Shown: in pieces, positions 19,456 to 30,108 of the stretch
How positions within the stretch are numbered: the first letter of the stretch is position 1
Layout of the letters: each line of letters starts with the position of its first letter
Origin: Acidobacteriota bacterium
GTDB taxonomy: Bacteria; Acidobacteriota; UBA6911
Reading direction: 5' to 3'
Assembly: GCA_963664705.1 (NCBI GenBank)
Contig: OY761556.1
Location: 384,001-448,000 of the forward strand
DNA: 64,000 bases
Made by a program: the position numbers and the translations under genes
The notes under the pieces: model-generated
Told to the model about the DNA's origin: nothing
Databases searched by the model: none
What the model saw: only the letters and a program-made list of their open reading frames with translations

Positions 19456-20466
19456 TTATTTCGGGTTGATGGTGTAATCGCTGGCAACCGTGAAAAGGTG
19501 ATAGTCCGAGTAGAGATGCCGGTTTCTATATACAAGGCTTCGTCCGTTTTGAGGTTTGAATTCCCAGCTTACATTGATTTCCCTTGGCAGCCAAAACTCC
19601 TGGCTGCTTCGCTCGAAACGAACCTTGGCATAGCGGATGTCCGTGACCGTTTCCCGAAGGGTGGTTGGAGTTTCGGATGCCAGCATGTCGGTTCGCACCC
19701 GCAGAATCTGATAGCTGTCCGGATCCAGCCAGATAAACCCCTCGACCAGGAATCGGGTTCCTGATCCCGTTTCATCCGTGTAGTTGGCCAGGTAATCCCT
19801 GGCTTCAGGTTTTTGAGCAAAAGCCAGCACATGAGCGCTGCGAAAATTATTATCGCATCCAAGGTAGCGGAAATGCGAATTCTGTTGTCGTTCAGGATGA
19901 ATGTACAGGGCCAGGCAGGCATAGCCGGAACTCATGGTAAAGCCAGTGATCTTCTCCGCACTTACTGCGTCGCCCTTTTTGTCGGTTCTGTCTTCTCTCC
20001 ATGTTCTTGTTTTATTGTCAGGGTTGGGCAGGATGAGGTAGCTGAACTCTAAAGAACGTTCTTTGAAGGCCAGGATGCCATTAATGGAATTGCTATCATA
20101 TCGTTCGGTTGCAGCTCCGGGGAGGCGCTTCTCCATCAGCTTCGGCTGACTTCGCTGTTGCTTCTGGTAACTAATCAGATCGTATCGCTGTAATCGAACC
20201 CTCTCAATTGCGGAGGTATTGGCAAAGTCCCGGAAGAAGGACACGACTTTATTTCCGGCCCGCTCCAGAATGGAACTCGGAGATCCCTGGCTTGTATCGA
20301 ACTGAATGCCTGCGCATTCAGTTCGATAGGCGTAGCGCAACTCTTCCGGAGTCATCTCGATCACGCTTTTCTTTTCCTCTTGTTCCGGATGATTTGCCCC
20401 TTGAGCATTGGCCGGAAGTTGATGTGGCAGGCTGAGAGCAATGAAGAAAAGCAGGATTCGAAGCAT
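19456..20466 (-). CDS. Secreted hypothetical protein homologous to the C-terminal domain of the adjacent VWA protein
   Basis: Signal peptide. Shares EMTP.ELR, FF.DFANTSA.E.VRLQRY, RFLVEGF.WLDPDS and YRNRH.YSDYHLFTVASDY with 20547-23612. Confidence 0.8.
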   Translation of the reverse strand: MLRILLFFIALSLPHQLPANAQGANHPEQEEKKSVIEMTPEELRYAYRTECAGIQFDTSQGSPSSILERAGNKVVSFFRDFANTSAIERVRLQRYDLISYQKQQRSQPKLMEKRLPGAATERYDSNSINGILAFKERSLEFSYLILPNPDNKTRTWREDRTDKKGDAVSAEKITGFTMSSGYACLALYIHPERQQNSHFRYLGCDNNFRSAHVLAFAQKPEARDYLANYTDETGSGTRFLVEGFIWLDPDSYQILRVRTDMLASETPTTLRETVTDIRYAKVRFERSSQEFWLPREINVSWEFKPQNGRSLVYRNRHLYSDYHLFTVASDYTINPK

Positions 20467-20546
20467 CTCCCAAGTCCTTTCTTGTAGAGCTACCCAGGTT
20501 TGGCAGACCATCGCCGCTTGCAGGTCAGTCCAGGCCGAAGCGATGC

Positions 20547-23500
20547 CTATTTGTCAGGTACAGCGGGATCGATCTTATAATCGCTGGCAACGGTAAACAG
20601 ATGATAGTCGGAATATGTGTGCCGGTTTCGGTATACCAGCAGGTAACCTTCCGGGTTTAAAAATTCCCAACTCACATCAATTACTTTCGGCAGCCAGAAC
20701 TCGCGGCCGCGCCGCTCGAATCGAACCTTTTCGTAGCGAATATCGGTGATCGTTTCCTTGAGCGCCGTTGTGATTTCCGGCGCAAGCAGATCCGTGCGCA
20801 TTCTTAGAATTTGAAAGCTATCCGGGTCCAGCCAGACGAACCCCTCCACAAGGAAACGGACCGGCGGCGCTCCATAGGATTCCGAGTATCGGGCGAGGTA
20901 GTCCTCGGATTCGGTTTTTTGTGCAAAGGCAATCACATGTGCACCTTGTTTGTCCTCATCTCGCCCCAGATATCGGAATGTCGAATTTTTCTGATGAGCG
21001 GGATGAAGGTACGTGGATTTTCCCGCATGCCCTGCGCTCATGATGAAGCCCGCAAGTTCTTTGGAGTCCACCGCACGTCCGTTTTTATCCTTCCTGTCTT
21101 CGAGCCACGTATTTCCGTCTTTTCCGCCGTTGGTAATAATAAGGTAGCTGAATTCTGTTGAGCGCTCCTTGAGGGATATGTTGGGGCCCAGGAAGAGAGG
21201 AACCGCTTTGCGACCGGTTGCGTCCACCGCCGGAGGCAGAGAATTCAGTTGATTCAGCTGCAGCAGAACAGGCTGAAATCGTTTTTGCGGCAGCGAAAGG
21301 CGCTGCGGGTAGCGCTGAAGCCGAACCTGTTCCCTGGCGGATGTATTGGCAAAATCCTGGAAAAAGGCTACGACTCTCTCCCCGGCTTGCTCTAAAAGGA
21401 AGCTCAGCGTGTCCTGGTTTAAGCTGAATTTAACCCCGGATAACTCCTGGGGATAGGAATCGCGCAATTCGTCAGGAGTCATTTCCAGAACGTTTTTTTT
21501 CGTTGAGACGGCATCCTTATAAGCAGCCAGCTGCTTCTCGTTTCCGATCAATTTTGAGGTAATCTCAAAGTCCATCGTTTGCGTGGCGGTGTGTTCCTTT
21601 GCAGCTTCCGAGCGTTTGTCGGTCACAAGCATCTGCAGGACATAGCTTCCCGGTTGCATTGTCCTTTCAAGCCGCAAATATTTTCGGACCGGGATTCTGG
21701 CGGGATCCTGTAATCCGCCAAGATCTACTTTTTCAAGCTTGCTCCGTGAGACTTCAATTCCGTTTAGATAAAGAATTGTTTGTGTTTCCAGATCCGGCTT
21801 CAGCCCGGCTTCGGTTTTTGCATTGTATGCAAATGCAATAAACTCGATATCATCTCCCGGGAGATAGCTCCTGAGTGCCTGATTGCGCCTGGGTGTTTTC
21901 TTTGACAATTCATTCGAAGACTGACCCGGTTCAGCCGATGCCGATCGAATCCAAGATACATCTTCATCCTGGTTCACGACGAAAACGCTGGACAGTTGCA
22001 TGCGGCTATTCTTTAGATCGGGAATTTCCAGAAACTGGTACGCCGAACCAAGAGCTCCGGATAGATTATCCTTCACGGCAGCTCTGACGTAGTGCGCGCC
22101 GGGCGTTCTCGAAGGAATGGAGATCGCGATGTTGAGCCCATTTTCCCGTATCCACTCTATGTCATGGTCGCTGACAGAAAGCTCAATCGGCGTCTTTCCA
22201 AAATCCTGCGAAAGACCTTCCATATCCGAGGTCGTGGCGACCGCTTCCAGAGAGATGGCATTTTTCCCGTTCTTATCGGGAACTGATTTTATATTCCGGC
22301 CATCCAGGTGCAGCCAGGCGCGCAGCAGGTACTCGCTTTTCGGATCATAGACATAGCCTGTTGCCAAGCTGAGCGCCAGATCATTGTGGCGGAAAGGTGA
22401 GAACATCGCATCGCCCAGCGGATTCGCGGCGATCTCGGGTCCCGGTGCCTTCAAGGTTCCATAAAACCCATCCCGAGTGTGGACGGTGCAGCCCGGGCGC
22501 TTAACCTTGATCTTTACCCTGTGATAGGAGGCGGTACTGTTCGGGTCGAAGGTTTTTTCGGGCGGGATGTACGAGAGCAGGTAGTATCCCTTCATTTCTT
22601 CATCGGCATCGCCAATCCCATTAACAAAGAAGTTGCGCCCGGTGAGGAAGAGCCCTCCCGTCTTTTGGGATAAAGGCAGCGGGCGGTTCTCTCGACGAGT
22701 TGAAGCAATTGTCATCTGTCGTGTTACGGCTGCACTCAAAACTGGAGGTCCTCCCAGTGTTCCCGCCCCTACGGATGCATCCAGCGGCAGCAGGGCTTTG
22801 CCATACTCATCGCGTGTGGCGGAATCGTTTATGAGCCCGATAATATCCAACGTGTGAATTACAACTCCTGCGTGCAATGCCGTATCTGCCAATTTGTCGA
22901 ATGCCGGGTCGCTGCTGACTTTTTCAGGCAGCATTACCTGTGTCGATAGAAACATCAGGAATTTTCGTCCGGGTACGTCCTTCAATGTCCGGATTGTGTA
23001 ATCGATTGCCATGATCTGAGGCGTCCTGTCAATCCGGTCTTCGAAGTATTCAGGAGGGTGGAGCACCGGGTTCCATCTGATTTTGCTGATTCTGGAAAGG
23101 AGCTGTCGTTTGTCCGAGCTGAAGGGATGCATCCCCGCATTTCCACCGGTCGTCTGCATGATGGATACAAGATCGCCGGGCTGCATCTGTCGTTCGACAA
23201 ACTTCTGAAGAGACATGCGCGCGCTCTGGATCTCAGGCATTTCCATGGAGAGGTCGTCTACAAGAAAGAGAATAGTCCGGCGATTAGCGTCCTTCGCAGA
23301 TTCCGGGAAGTGCATCGCTGCTTTCGACGAAGGTTCTGCCGGAACGCTTGTCCCGGCCACTGGAGATATCGTGTTTCTGATATATGTGCTTGCCGTAACT
23401 TTCTGAGGCCGGCCGTCCTGCTCAATTTCAAAATCGTCAGCAGCCAGATCTGCAACTTGTCGGCCTTTACTGTCCACCACCACCGCATCCACACGCACCT

Positions 23501-23612
23501 CTTCGACTCCGACTCGAATACGAAGATCCTCCTTTTCCTGAGTCCGCGCGATGGATAAATGGAAAAATGAAAGCAAACAAATGCCAAGGAACATCCACAA
23601 GTATCGAAGCAT
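20547..23612 (-). CDS. Acidobacterial VWA (VWFA-related) domain protein with an additional C-terminal domain
   Basis: Signal peptide, VRVDAVVVDSKG..VADL..DDFEI.QDG.PQ, ILFLVDDLS, PGRK, TGG and YYLLSY.P. Start at MLRYLW. Confidence 0.85.
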   Translation of the reverse strand: MLRYLWMFLGICLLSFFHLSIARTQEKEDLRIRVGVEEVRVDAVVVDSKGRQVADLAADDFEIEQDGRPQKVTASTYIRNTISPVAGTSVPAEPSSKAAMHFPESAKDANRRTILFLVDDLSMEMPEIQSARMSLQKFVERQMQPGDLVSIMQTTGGNAGMHPFSSDKRQLLSRISKIRWNPVLHPPEYFEDRIDRTPQIMAIDYTIRTLKDVPGRKFLMFLSTQVMLPEKVSSDPAFDKLADTALHAGVVIHTLDIIGLINDSATRDEYGKALLPLDASVGAGTLGGPPVLSAAVTRQMTIASTRRENRPLPLSQKTGGLFLTGRNFFVNGIGDADEEMKGYYLLSYIPPEKTFDPNSTASYHRVKIKVKRPGCTVHTRDGFYGTLKAPGPEIAANPLGDAMFSPFRHNDLALSLATGYVYDPKSEYLLRAWLHLDGRNIKSVPDKNGKNAISLEAVATTSDMEGLSQDFGKTPIELSVSDHDIEWIRENGLNIAISIPSRTPGAHYVRAAVKDNLSGALGSAYQFLEIPDLKNSRMQLSSVFVVNQDEDVSWIRSASAEPGQSSNELSKKTPRRNQALRSYLPGDDIEFIAFAYNAKTEAGLKPDLETQTILYLNGIEVSRSKLEKVDLGGLQDPARIPVRKYLRLERTMQPGSYVLQMLVTDKRSEAAKEHTATQTMDFEITSKLIGNEKQLAAYKDAVSTKKNVLEMTPDELRDSYPQELSGVKFSLNQDTLSFLLEQAGERVVAFFQDFANTSAREQVRLQRYPQRLSLPQKRFQPVLLQLNQLNSLPPAVDATGRKAVPLFLGPNISLKERSTEFSYLIITNGGKDGNTWLEDRKDKNGRAVDSKELAGFIMSAGHAGKSTYLHPAHQKNSTFRYLGRDEDKQGAHVIAFAQKTESEDYLARYSESYGAPPVRFLVEGFVWLDPDSFQILRMRTDLLAPEITTALKETITDIRYEKVRFERRGREFWLPKVIDVSWEFLNPEGYLLVYRNRHTYSDYHLFTVASDYKIDPAVPDK

Positions 23613-23648
23613 AGGTTCAGTGTCCCTGATTCTTCTGTTGATCTCCAA

Positions 23649-23725
23649 TGGAGCACCGGCGTCCGGCCGGTATTAGCATGGTGGAAGCGGCCACGCCCTT
23701 GCCAGGCAAGACGCCAGAACTTCCA
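23649..23725. repeat. Degenerate REP-like doublet
   Basis: TGGAGCACCGGCGTCCGGCCGG with inverted TGCCAGGCAAGACGCCAGAACTTCCA; resembles 13043-13069 and 3143. Confidence 0.45.
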
Positions 23726-23859
23726 GGTGAGACGCGCTGCCGGTATTATGCTCTCAATAGCGGCAGCCGTGCATCCCGGATTTTACTTTTTGCGGCAAAA
23801 CCATCCGCCTATAATGGTCCCGCCATTCACTATCCAGGCTGAAACCACCGGTTATATGA

Positions 23860-25095
<1,236 letters not shown>

Positions 25096-25129
25096 TTTAA
25101 ATCCAAGTCTGCTATCAAAGGAGCTCTGT

Positions 25130-25900
25130 ATGCCTGGAGATAAAGAGGCTGAGAACAAAGAAAACAAAAAACAATTATCACGACGCGATTTTATCGTTAC
25201 GGGAGGAGCGATCGCTGCAGTCGATGCATTGATCGCGACAACTCCGGCGAAAGCCGTTGCTGCCTCTCCCGCGCCGGCGGCGGCGACCTTGCCTGCCTCC
25301 AAAGGGTATCTTGTGTACGACAGCAAGAAGTGTGCGGGCTGCACCACGTGCATGCTCGGATGTTCGCTGGTTCATTACGGCGTTCAGAATCTTTCGAAAT
25401 CCCGCATCCAGATCATGCAGAACTCGTTTGGCAAGTTTCCTACGGATGTAAAAATGGCGCCTTGCCGGCAATGTGTGGCACCGGTCTGCGTGCAGAATTG
25501 TCCTGTTGGCGCCGCCTATGTCGATACCGCCAATGGCAACGTGAGAAGGATCGACAGCAAGAAGTGCGTCGGCTGCAAAACCTGCATCAAGATGTGTCCT
25601 CAGCAGCCGCACCGGACCGTGTGGGTTGTGATTAACGGAACCGGAAAATCCTCCAAGTGCGATCTGTGCATCGATACTCCTTTCTGGAATGAAAAAGGAG
25701 GCCCCGGCGGCAAGCAGGCTTGTGTCGAATCCTGTCCAATGAAGGCGATCCGATTTGTTGCTCAAACCCCCGACCAGGAAGAGACGGATGGATACGACAT
25801 CAATCTCCGGAATGATAACTGGATCAACCTTGGCCTGGTCGACGACAGCACGGTTGTGCCCAAACGCGATCTTTCATGGAAAGTAGGAGGGGGGGAGTAA
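25130..25900 (+). CDS. Tat-signal-bearing 4x[4Fe-4S] electron-transfer subunit (YdhY/DmsB-like)
   Basis: SRRDFI twin-arginine motif with h-region and AKA. Four Cys clusters (CAGCTTC..C, CRQC..PVC..CP, CVGCKTC..CP, KCDLC..ACVESCP). AAGGAG RBS. Confidence 0.9.
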   Translation: MPGDKEAENKENKKQLSRRDFIVTGGAIAAVDALIATTPAKAVAASPAPAAATLPASKGYLVYDSKKCAGCTTCMLGCSLVHYGVQNLSKSRIQIMQNSFGKFPTDVKMAPCRQCVAPVCVQNCPVGAAYVDTANGNVRRIDSKKCVGCKTCIKMCPQQPHRTVWVVINGTGKSSKCDLCIDTPFWNEKGGPGGKQACVESCPMKAIRFVAQTPDQEETDGYDINLRNDNWINLGLVDDSTVVPKRDLSWKVGGGE

Positions 25901-25902
25901 TT

Positions 25903-27948
25903 ATGACAGGCGGATATACTGGCAAAATACTTAGAGTAAACCTGACTACCAAAGCAATCACCACGCTGGACACCTCGAAGTACGAAGAATTTGGCGGCGG
26001 TCATGGAATAGGTTCGGCTGTCTTCTTCGACCTGGTCGGCGATCAACTCCCGTTTGAGGCTTTCGACCCGCGCAATCTCATCATCATGATGGCTTCTCCA
26101 TTCTCGGGAACCTTTATGCCCGGTTCCGGGCGTTGCGAAGTGCAGGGCCTTGGCCCGATGCTGTACCCCATCGAATGGTTTGGCCATAGCAATTTTGGAG
26201 GGCGCTTTACGGCCCAGCTCAAGTTCGCGGGATGGGATGGGATTGTTGTTGAAGGTGCTTCGAGCGAACCCGTTTGGATCAATATCGTCAATGACAAGGT
26301 CAAAATAGAAAGCGCCAAGGGCATCTGGGGAATGGATACCTGGGATACGCAGGAGGAAATTTCCCGGCGCGTTATTCCCGCCTTGAGATATGGAGAGTGG
26401 GCGGAGTTGGCCGAGAATTGCCATACTACTCAGATTCCCGCCGTGGTTTGCTGCGGTCCCGCAGGCGAAAACAAAAGCCGCCTGGGCGCTCTCCTGCATG
26501 GCCCCGGATCGCAAGCGGCGCTCTGCGGCTTCGGAGGAGTGTTCGGATCCAAGAAGCTGAAGGCGATCAGTGCCATCGGGTCTCAGGATATTCCGATTGC
26601 CGACCCGAAGGCTTTCATGGACGCTCGTCTCTGGTTCCGTCAGTTCCAGTGGGATGTGGATAACCCGCGCGAACCTGAAAAATTTGCGAATGGCGGTCCC
26701 TATAGTTTGATCAGCGGACGACCCAGCGGCGGGAATGTGTTGAATCGGGATTACCCTCTAACCCCCGCACGCGCTGCCGCCTGTGCTTCCTGCCCAAGAG
26801 GCTGCCGTATGCGGCTGGCAACGGGCGACAGCAACGAATCGGTATGTGCCGGCACTATGGTGATCAATGTCGATGGATCGGTGAAATTCACTCGGCAAGG
26901 CAACGACCTGATGCAGCGGTATGGACTTGGTCATTGGCAGTTGATGCCGCTCCTGAGCTATGTCCAATTTCTCGCAAAGGAAGGAATCCTTGGAAAAGGC
27001 AAACAGATAGATACCAACCTCCCGCTGGATCAGGCCGGTACGTTCGGGTATGCCGAGGCCCTTATGCGGCAGATTGCGCTTCGACAGGGAATTGGGAAAG
27101 ATCTGGCCGAGGGCTGTGCCCGGTTCGCGGAAAAAATAGGGCGGTATAAGCAGGATGTGAACAGCGGCAACCTCGGGTTGGCTTACTGGGGAACGGCGAA
27201 CCACTACGATCCGGCTATCGAGGCGGAATGGGGATTCGGGTCTCTCCTGGGAGAGCGGGATCTGATGCTCCACATGATGTCCAACTATCCGATCCATTGG
27301 ATGGCCTGGTCGGGAGCCCCGTATCTGACGGCTGAGGAAACGGCAAAGCTGTACACCGACGCGATGGTCCCCTACCAGGGAGATCCTTTCATGGTGGATC
27401 ACAGCGAAGGGCCTACCGGAATTTATTCCGATTCCAAGGTCAAGCAGGTTGCCTGGATCAAACACTATGAAAAGTTCTGGGTTGGGGCCGGCGGATTCTG
27501 CGGCTGGCGCTGGCCCTTGTGCATTACCAACAACACGGCAGACAGAAGGGGCGCGACTCCGCAGGCCGAGCCGAAATTCTGGAATGCCGTAACCGGAAAA
27601 AATCTCTCCTTTGCCGACTACATGGAGATCGGCCACAAGATTTACACGCTTGATCGGTCTATCTGGGTGTTGCAGGGCAGACACCGAAACATGGAGGTGT
27701 TCCCCGACTACGTCTATGACAGGCCGAGCATGGGGCACGACATGACCATGTATGAAAACGGCAAGTGGACTTATGGCAAAGGCGCCGGGCGCAAACTGGA
27801 TCGGGCGAAAGTCGAGGACTTCAAGACACGGTTCTATAAGTTCGAAGGCTTTAATCCCGACAGCGGCTACCCGACGCGCGCAACCCTCGAGAAGATGAAT
27901 CTCAAGAAAGTTGCGGACCTGCTTCAAAGCAAAGGTAGGCTGGGGTAA
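25903..27948 (+). CDS. Aldehyde:ferredoxin oxidoreductase (AOR/WOR/YdhV) family pterin enzyme
   Basis: GYTGKILRVNLT, SNFGG.F...LKFAGWDGIVVEG, GPAGEN, GGVFGSKKLKAI, CASCPRGC and GYPTRATLEKMNL. Confidence 0.92.
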   Translation: MTGGYTGKILRVNLTTKAITTLDTSKYEEFGGGHGIGSAVFFDLVGDQLPFEAFDPRNLIIMMASPFSGTFMPGSGRCEVQGLGPMLYPIEWFGHSNFGGRFTAQLKFAGWDGIVVEGASSEPVWINIVNDKVKIESAKGIWGMDTWDTQEEISRRVIPALRYGEWAELAENCHTTQIPAVVCCGPAGENKSRLGALLHGPGSQAALCGFGGVFGSKKLKAISAIGSQDIPIADPKAFMDARLWFRQFQWDVDNPREPEKFANGGPYSLISGRPSGGNVLNRDYPLTPARAAACASCPRGCRMRLATGDSNESVCAGTMVINVDGSVKFTRQGNDLMQRYGLGHWQLMPLLSYVQFLAKEGILGKGKQIDTNLPLDQAGTFGYAEALMRQIALRQGIGKDLAEGCARFAEKIGRYKQDVNSGNLGLAYWGTANHYDPAIEAEWGFGSLLGERDLMLHMMSNYPIHWMAWSGAPYLTAEETAKLYTDAMVPYQGDPFMVDHSEGPTGIYSDSKVKQVAWIKHYEKFWVGAGGFCGWRWPLCITNNTADRRGATPQAEPKFWNAVTGKNLSFADYMEIGHKIYTLDRSIWVLQGRHRNMEVFPDYVYDRPSMGHDMTMYENGKWTYGKGAGRKLDRAKVEDFKTRFYKFEGFNPDSGYPTRATLEKMNLKKVADLLQSKGRLG

Positions 27949-27961
27949 TACAGCGTAGATA

Positions 27962-28049
27962 GGACCGCTGAGTACGCTGAAGATGCCGATTGCGCGGAAA
28001 GAGATTAAACAGGCTGCGTATTCGGCGTGTTCCGCGTCTTCAGCGGTCC
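27962..28049. repeat. Nonamer-periodic imperfect hairpin in the intercistronic space
   Basis: ACCGCTGAG TACGCTGAA GATGCCGAT TGCGCGGAA ... TTCGGCGTG TTCCGCGTC TTCAGCGGTCC. Confidence 0.6.
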
Positions 28050-28059
28050 ATAGGAGCCA

Positions 28060-30054
28060 GTGATGGGATCAAAATACGAGCATGTATTTGCACCGATTCG
28101 AATCAGAGGCGTCGATTTCAAAAACCGTTTGGAACTGGCTCCTCCATCGCCCAATCTGGCTGATCGCCAGGGCAGGGTGACGCCGGAATTTGTAGATTTT
28201 TTCAGAACCTTCGCCCAGGGCGGCACTGCCGTTCTCCATGTCGGCAATTCCGTTGTCGATATCAGGGAAGCGTGCGATGAGGAGCGTCAACTCGATCTGG
28301 GGAGCGACGAATGCATTCTCCCGCTTACGCGGTTTGTGGAAATGTGCCACGGCTATGGTGCTCTTGCTTCGCTGGAAATTAACCACAACGGCAAGGATTC
28401 CGATGTCGGCAAAACCGGGAAGGCCTTCAGCCCATCCTCCTTCATCCCTTCCAGCGAGATCTGGCGGGCGCAGATGCAGGGAAGGGAACCGGTCCCCACA
28501 ATCGCAATGGATCATGTGAAAATTAGGGAGACGGTGGAGAAGTACGCCGTTGCTGCCTATCGATGCAAGCGCGCGGGTTTCAAGATGGGCATGATCCACG
28601 GTGGGCACGGGAACCTGATTTCCCAATTTGCCAGCCGGCTCTACAACAAACGCACCGATGATTACGGCGGTTCTCTCGAGAACAGAGCACGCTTTGCCAT
28701 TGAAGTTCTGGACCGCGTACGAGCACTCTGCGGCGAACACTTTGTGATTGAATATCGTATTTCTGCCGACGAGATACACCCTGATGGGATGCACTTCGAG
28801 GAGACCCTTCGTTTTATCGAGCTGATACAGGATAAAGTCGACATCCTGCATGTGTCCGCAGGGCTTCATGGCGAATTTCAGTATATGCGGAACTGGTGGC
28901 AGAACTATCTGATGGATCGCGCCTTTAATGTTCACTATGCCGCGGATATTAAGAAAGCCTTTCCCAAACTCCTTGTCTGTACGGTTGGCTCAATCATGGA
29001 TATTGCAAAAGCCGAGGAGATCATTGCTGCGGGACAGGCCGATTTTGTTGCCATGTGTCGGCCGCTGCTTGCAGATCCGGAAATGCCGAGGAAGTATGCC
29101 TTGGGCAAAGAAGAGGACCGCCGGCCGTGCCTGCGTTGTCAATACTGCGGCTTCCGGCTCATGATTCCTGCCGTTATCAATTGCGCCGTCAATCCCTATC
29201 TCGGGAATGAAACAGAGTTCCCAGGAGCGAAGGTTCCCAGGGCGGAGATAAAAAAGAGGGTGGCGGTGGTGGGGGGCGGCCCCGCCGGGATCCAGGCTCT
29301 GCAGACGTTATGCGAGCGCGGCCACGAAGTTACCCTTTATGAGAAGAGCGGACAGTTGGGTGGGCGCGTTGTCGATGGATCGGTTCTGCCGTTTAAACAG
29401 GACGTCAAAGATTATCTCGATTACCTGGTCTGCCAGGCGAACAAAGCCCCGGCGCGCATCCTTCTGAATACCGAAGCGACAAAGGAAGTGCTGGATCGGG
29501 AGCATTATGATGCGCTGATCATCGCTGTCGGTTCGACCCCTGTGGTTCCCCGCTTGCCGGGAATCGACAAGCCGCATGTCCATTGGGCACCGGAGGCGGA
29601 TGGGGGCAAGGTTAAGGTAGGTGATAAGACCGTGATTGTCGGAGCCGGCTCAGTTGGAATTGAGTCCGCCATCGGGCTTAAGAGGGCCGGGAAAGATGTG
29701 ATCGTTATTGAAATGGCTCCGGATATGTCGAATCTCCGCGCCTCAGCCGGAGGCGCGGCTTCGGAATTGACCTCCTTGATCCAGGAACTCGCAATTCCCG
29801 TTCATCTCGACTGCCAATTGGAGGAAGTCACCGATACGCAGGTGATCTGTCGTAATTCCAAAACTTCCGCGCGCGTTGAATTCGCGGCCAATACAGTGCT
29901 TCTGGCCGTGGGCATGTCAGCCAGTCAGGATGTCGCCGATTCATTGCGCCGCAGTGCACCTGAAACAGAAGTTTTTATCGTCGGCGACGCATCGGAAGTA
30001 GGAACGATTGCCGGTGCGGTCCGCGCCGCCTTCAAAGCTGCCGCATATATTTAG
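28060..30054 (+). CDS. NADH:flavin oxidoreductase (OYE-like TIM barrel + FeS + FAD domain; enoate/dienoyl-CoA reductase family)
   Basis: HGGHG.LISQF.S..YNKRTD.YGGSLENRARF, RPLLADP, CLRCQYC...CAVNP and VVGGGPAG. Confidence 0.92.
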   Translation: MMGSKYEHVFAPIRIRGVDFKNRLELAPPSPNLADRQGRVTPEFVDFFRTFAQGGTAVLHVGNSVVDIREACDEERQLDLGSDECILPLTRFVEMCHGYGALASLEINHNGKDSDVGKTGKAFSPSSFIPSSEIWRAQMQGREPVPTIAMDHVKIRETVEKYAVAAYRCKRAGFKMGMIHGGHGNLISQFASRLYNKRTDDYGGSLENRARFAIEVLDRVRALCGEHFVIEYRISADEIHPDGMHFEETLRFIELIQDKVDILHVSAGLHGEFQYMRNWWQNYLMDRAFNVHYAADIKKAFPKLLVCTVGSIMDIAKAEEIIAAGQADFVAMCRPLLADPEMPRKYALGKEEDRRPCLRCQYCGFRLMIPAVINCAVNPYLGNETEFPGAKVPRAEIKKRVAVVGGGPAGIQALQTLCERGHEVTLYEKSGQLGGRVVDGSVLPFKQDVKDYLDYLVCQANKAPARILLNTEATKEVLDREHYDALIIAVGSTPVVPRLPGIDKPHVHWAPEADGGKVKVGDKTVIVGAGSVGIESAIGLKRAGKDVIVIEMAPDMSNLRASAGGAASELTSLIQELAIPVHLDCQLEEVTDTQVICRNSKTSARVEFAANTVLLAVGMSASQDVADSLRRSAPETEVFIVGDASEVGTIAGAVRAAFKAAAYI

Positions 30055-30059
30055 CCGAA

Positions 30060-30103
30060 TCTGTGGAATTCGTGGCGGAAATGGCTGCCACGAATTCCAC
30101 AGA
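30060..30103. terminator. Perfect 17-bp hairpin between convergent genes
   Basis: TCTGTGGAATTCGTGGC / GCCACGAATTCCACAGA. Confidence 0.7.
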
Positions 30104-30108
30104 CATTT

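Noticed and set aside
26758-28935. 389-aa and 288-aa minus-strand ORFs
   Set aside because: Antisense to the AOR-family and ene-reductase genes; no independent features.
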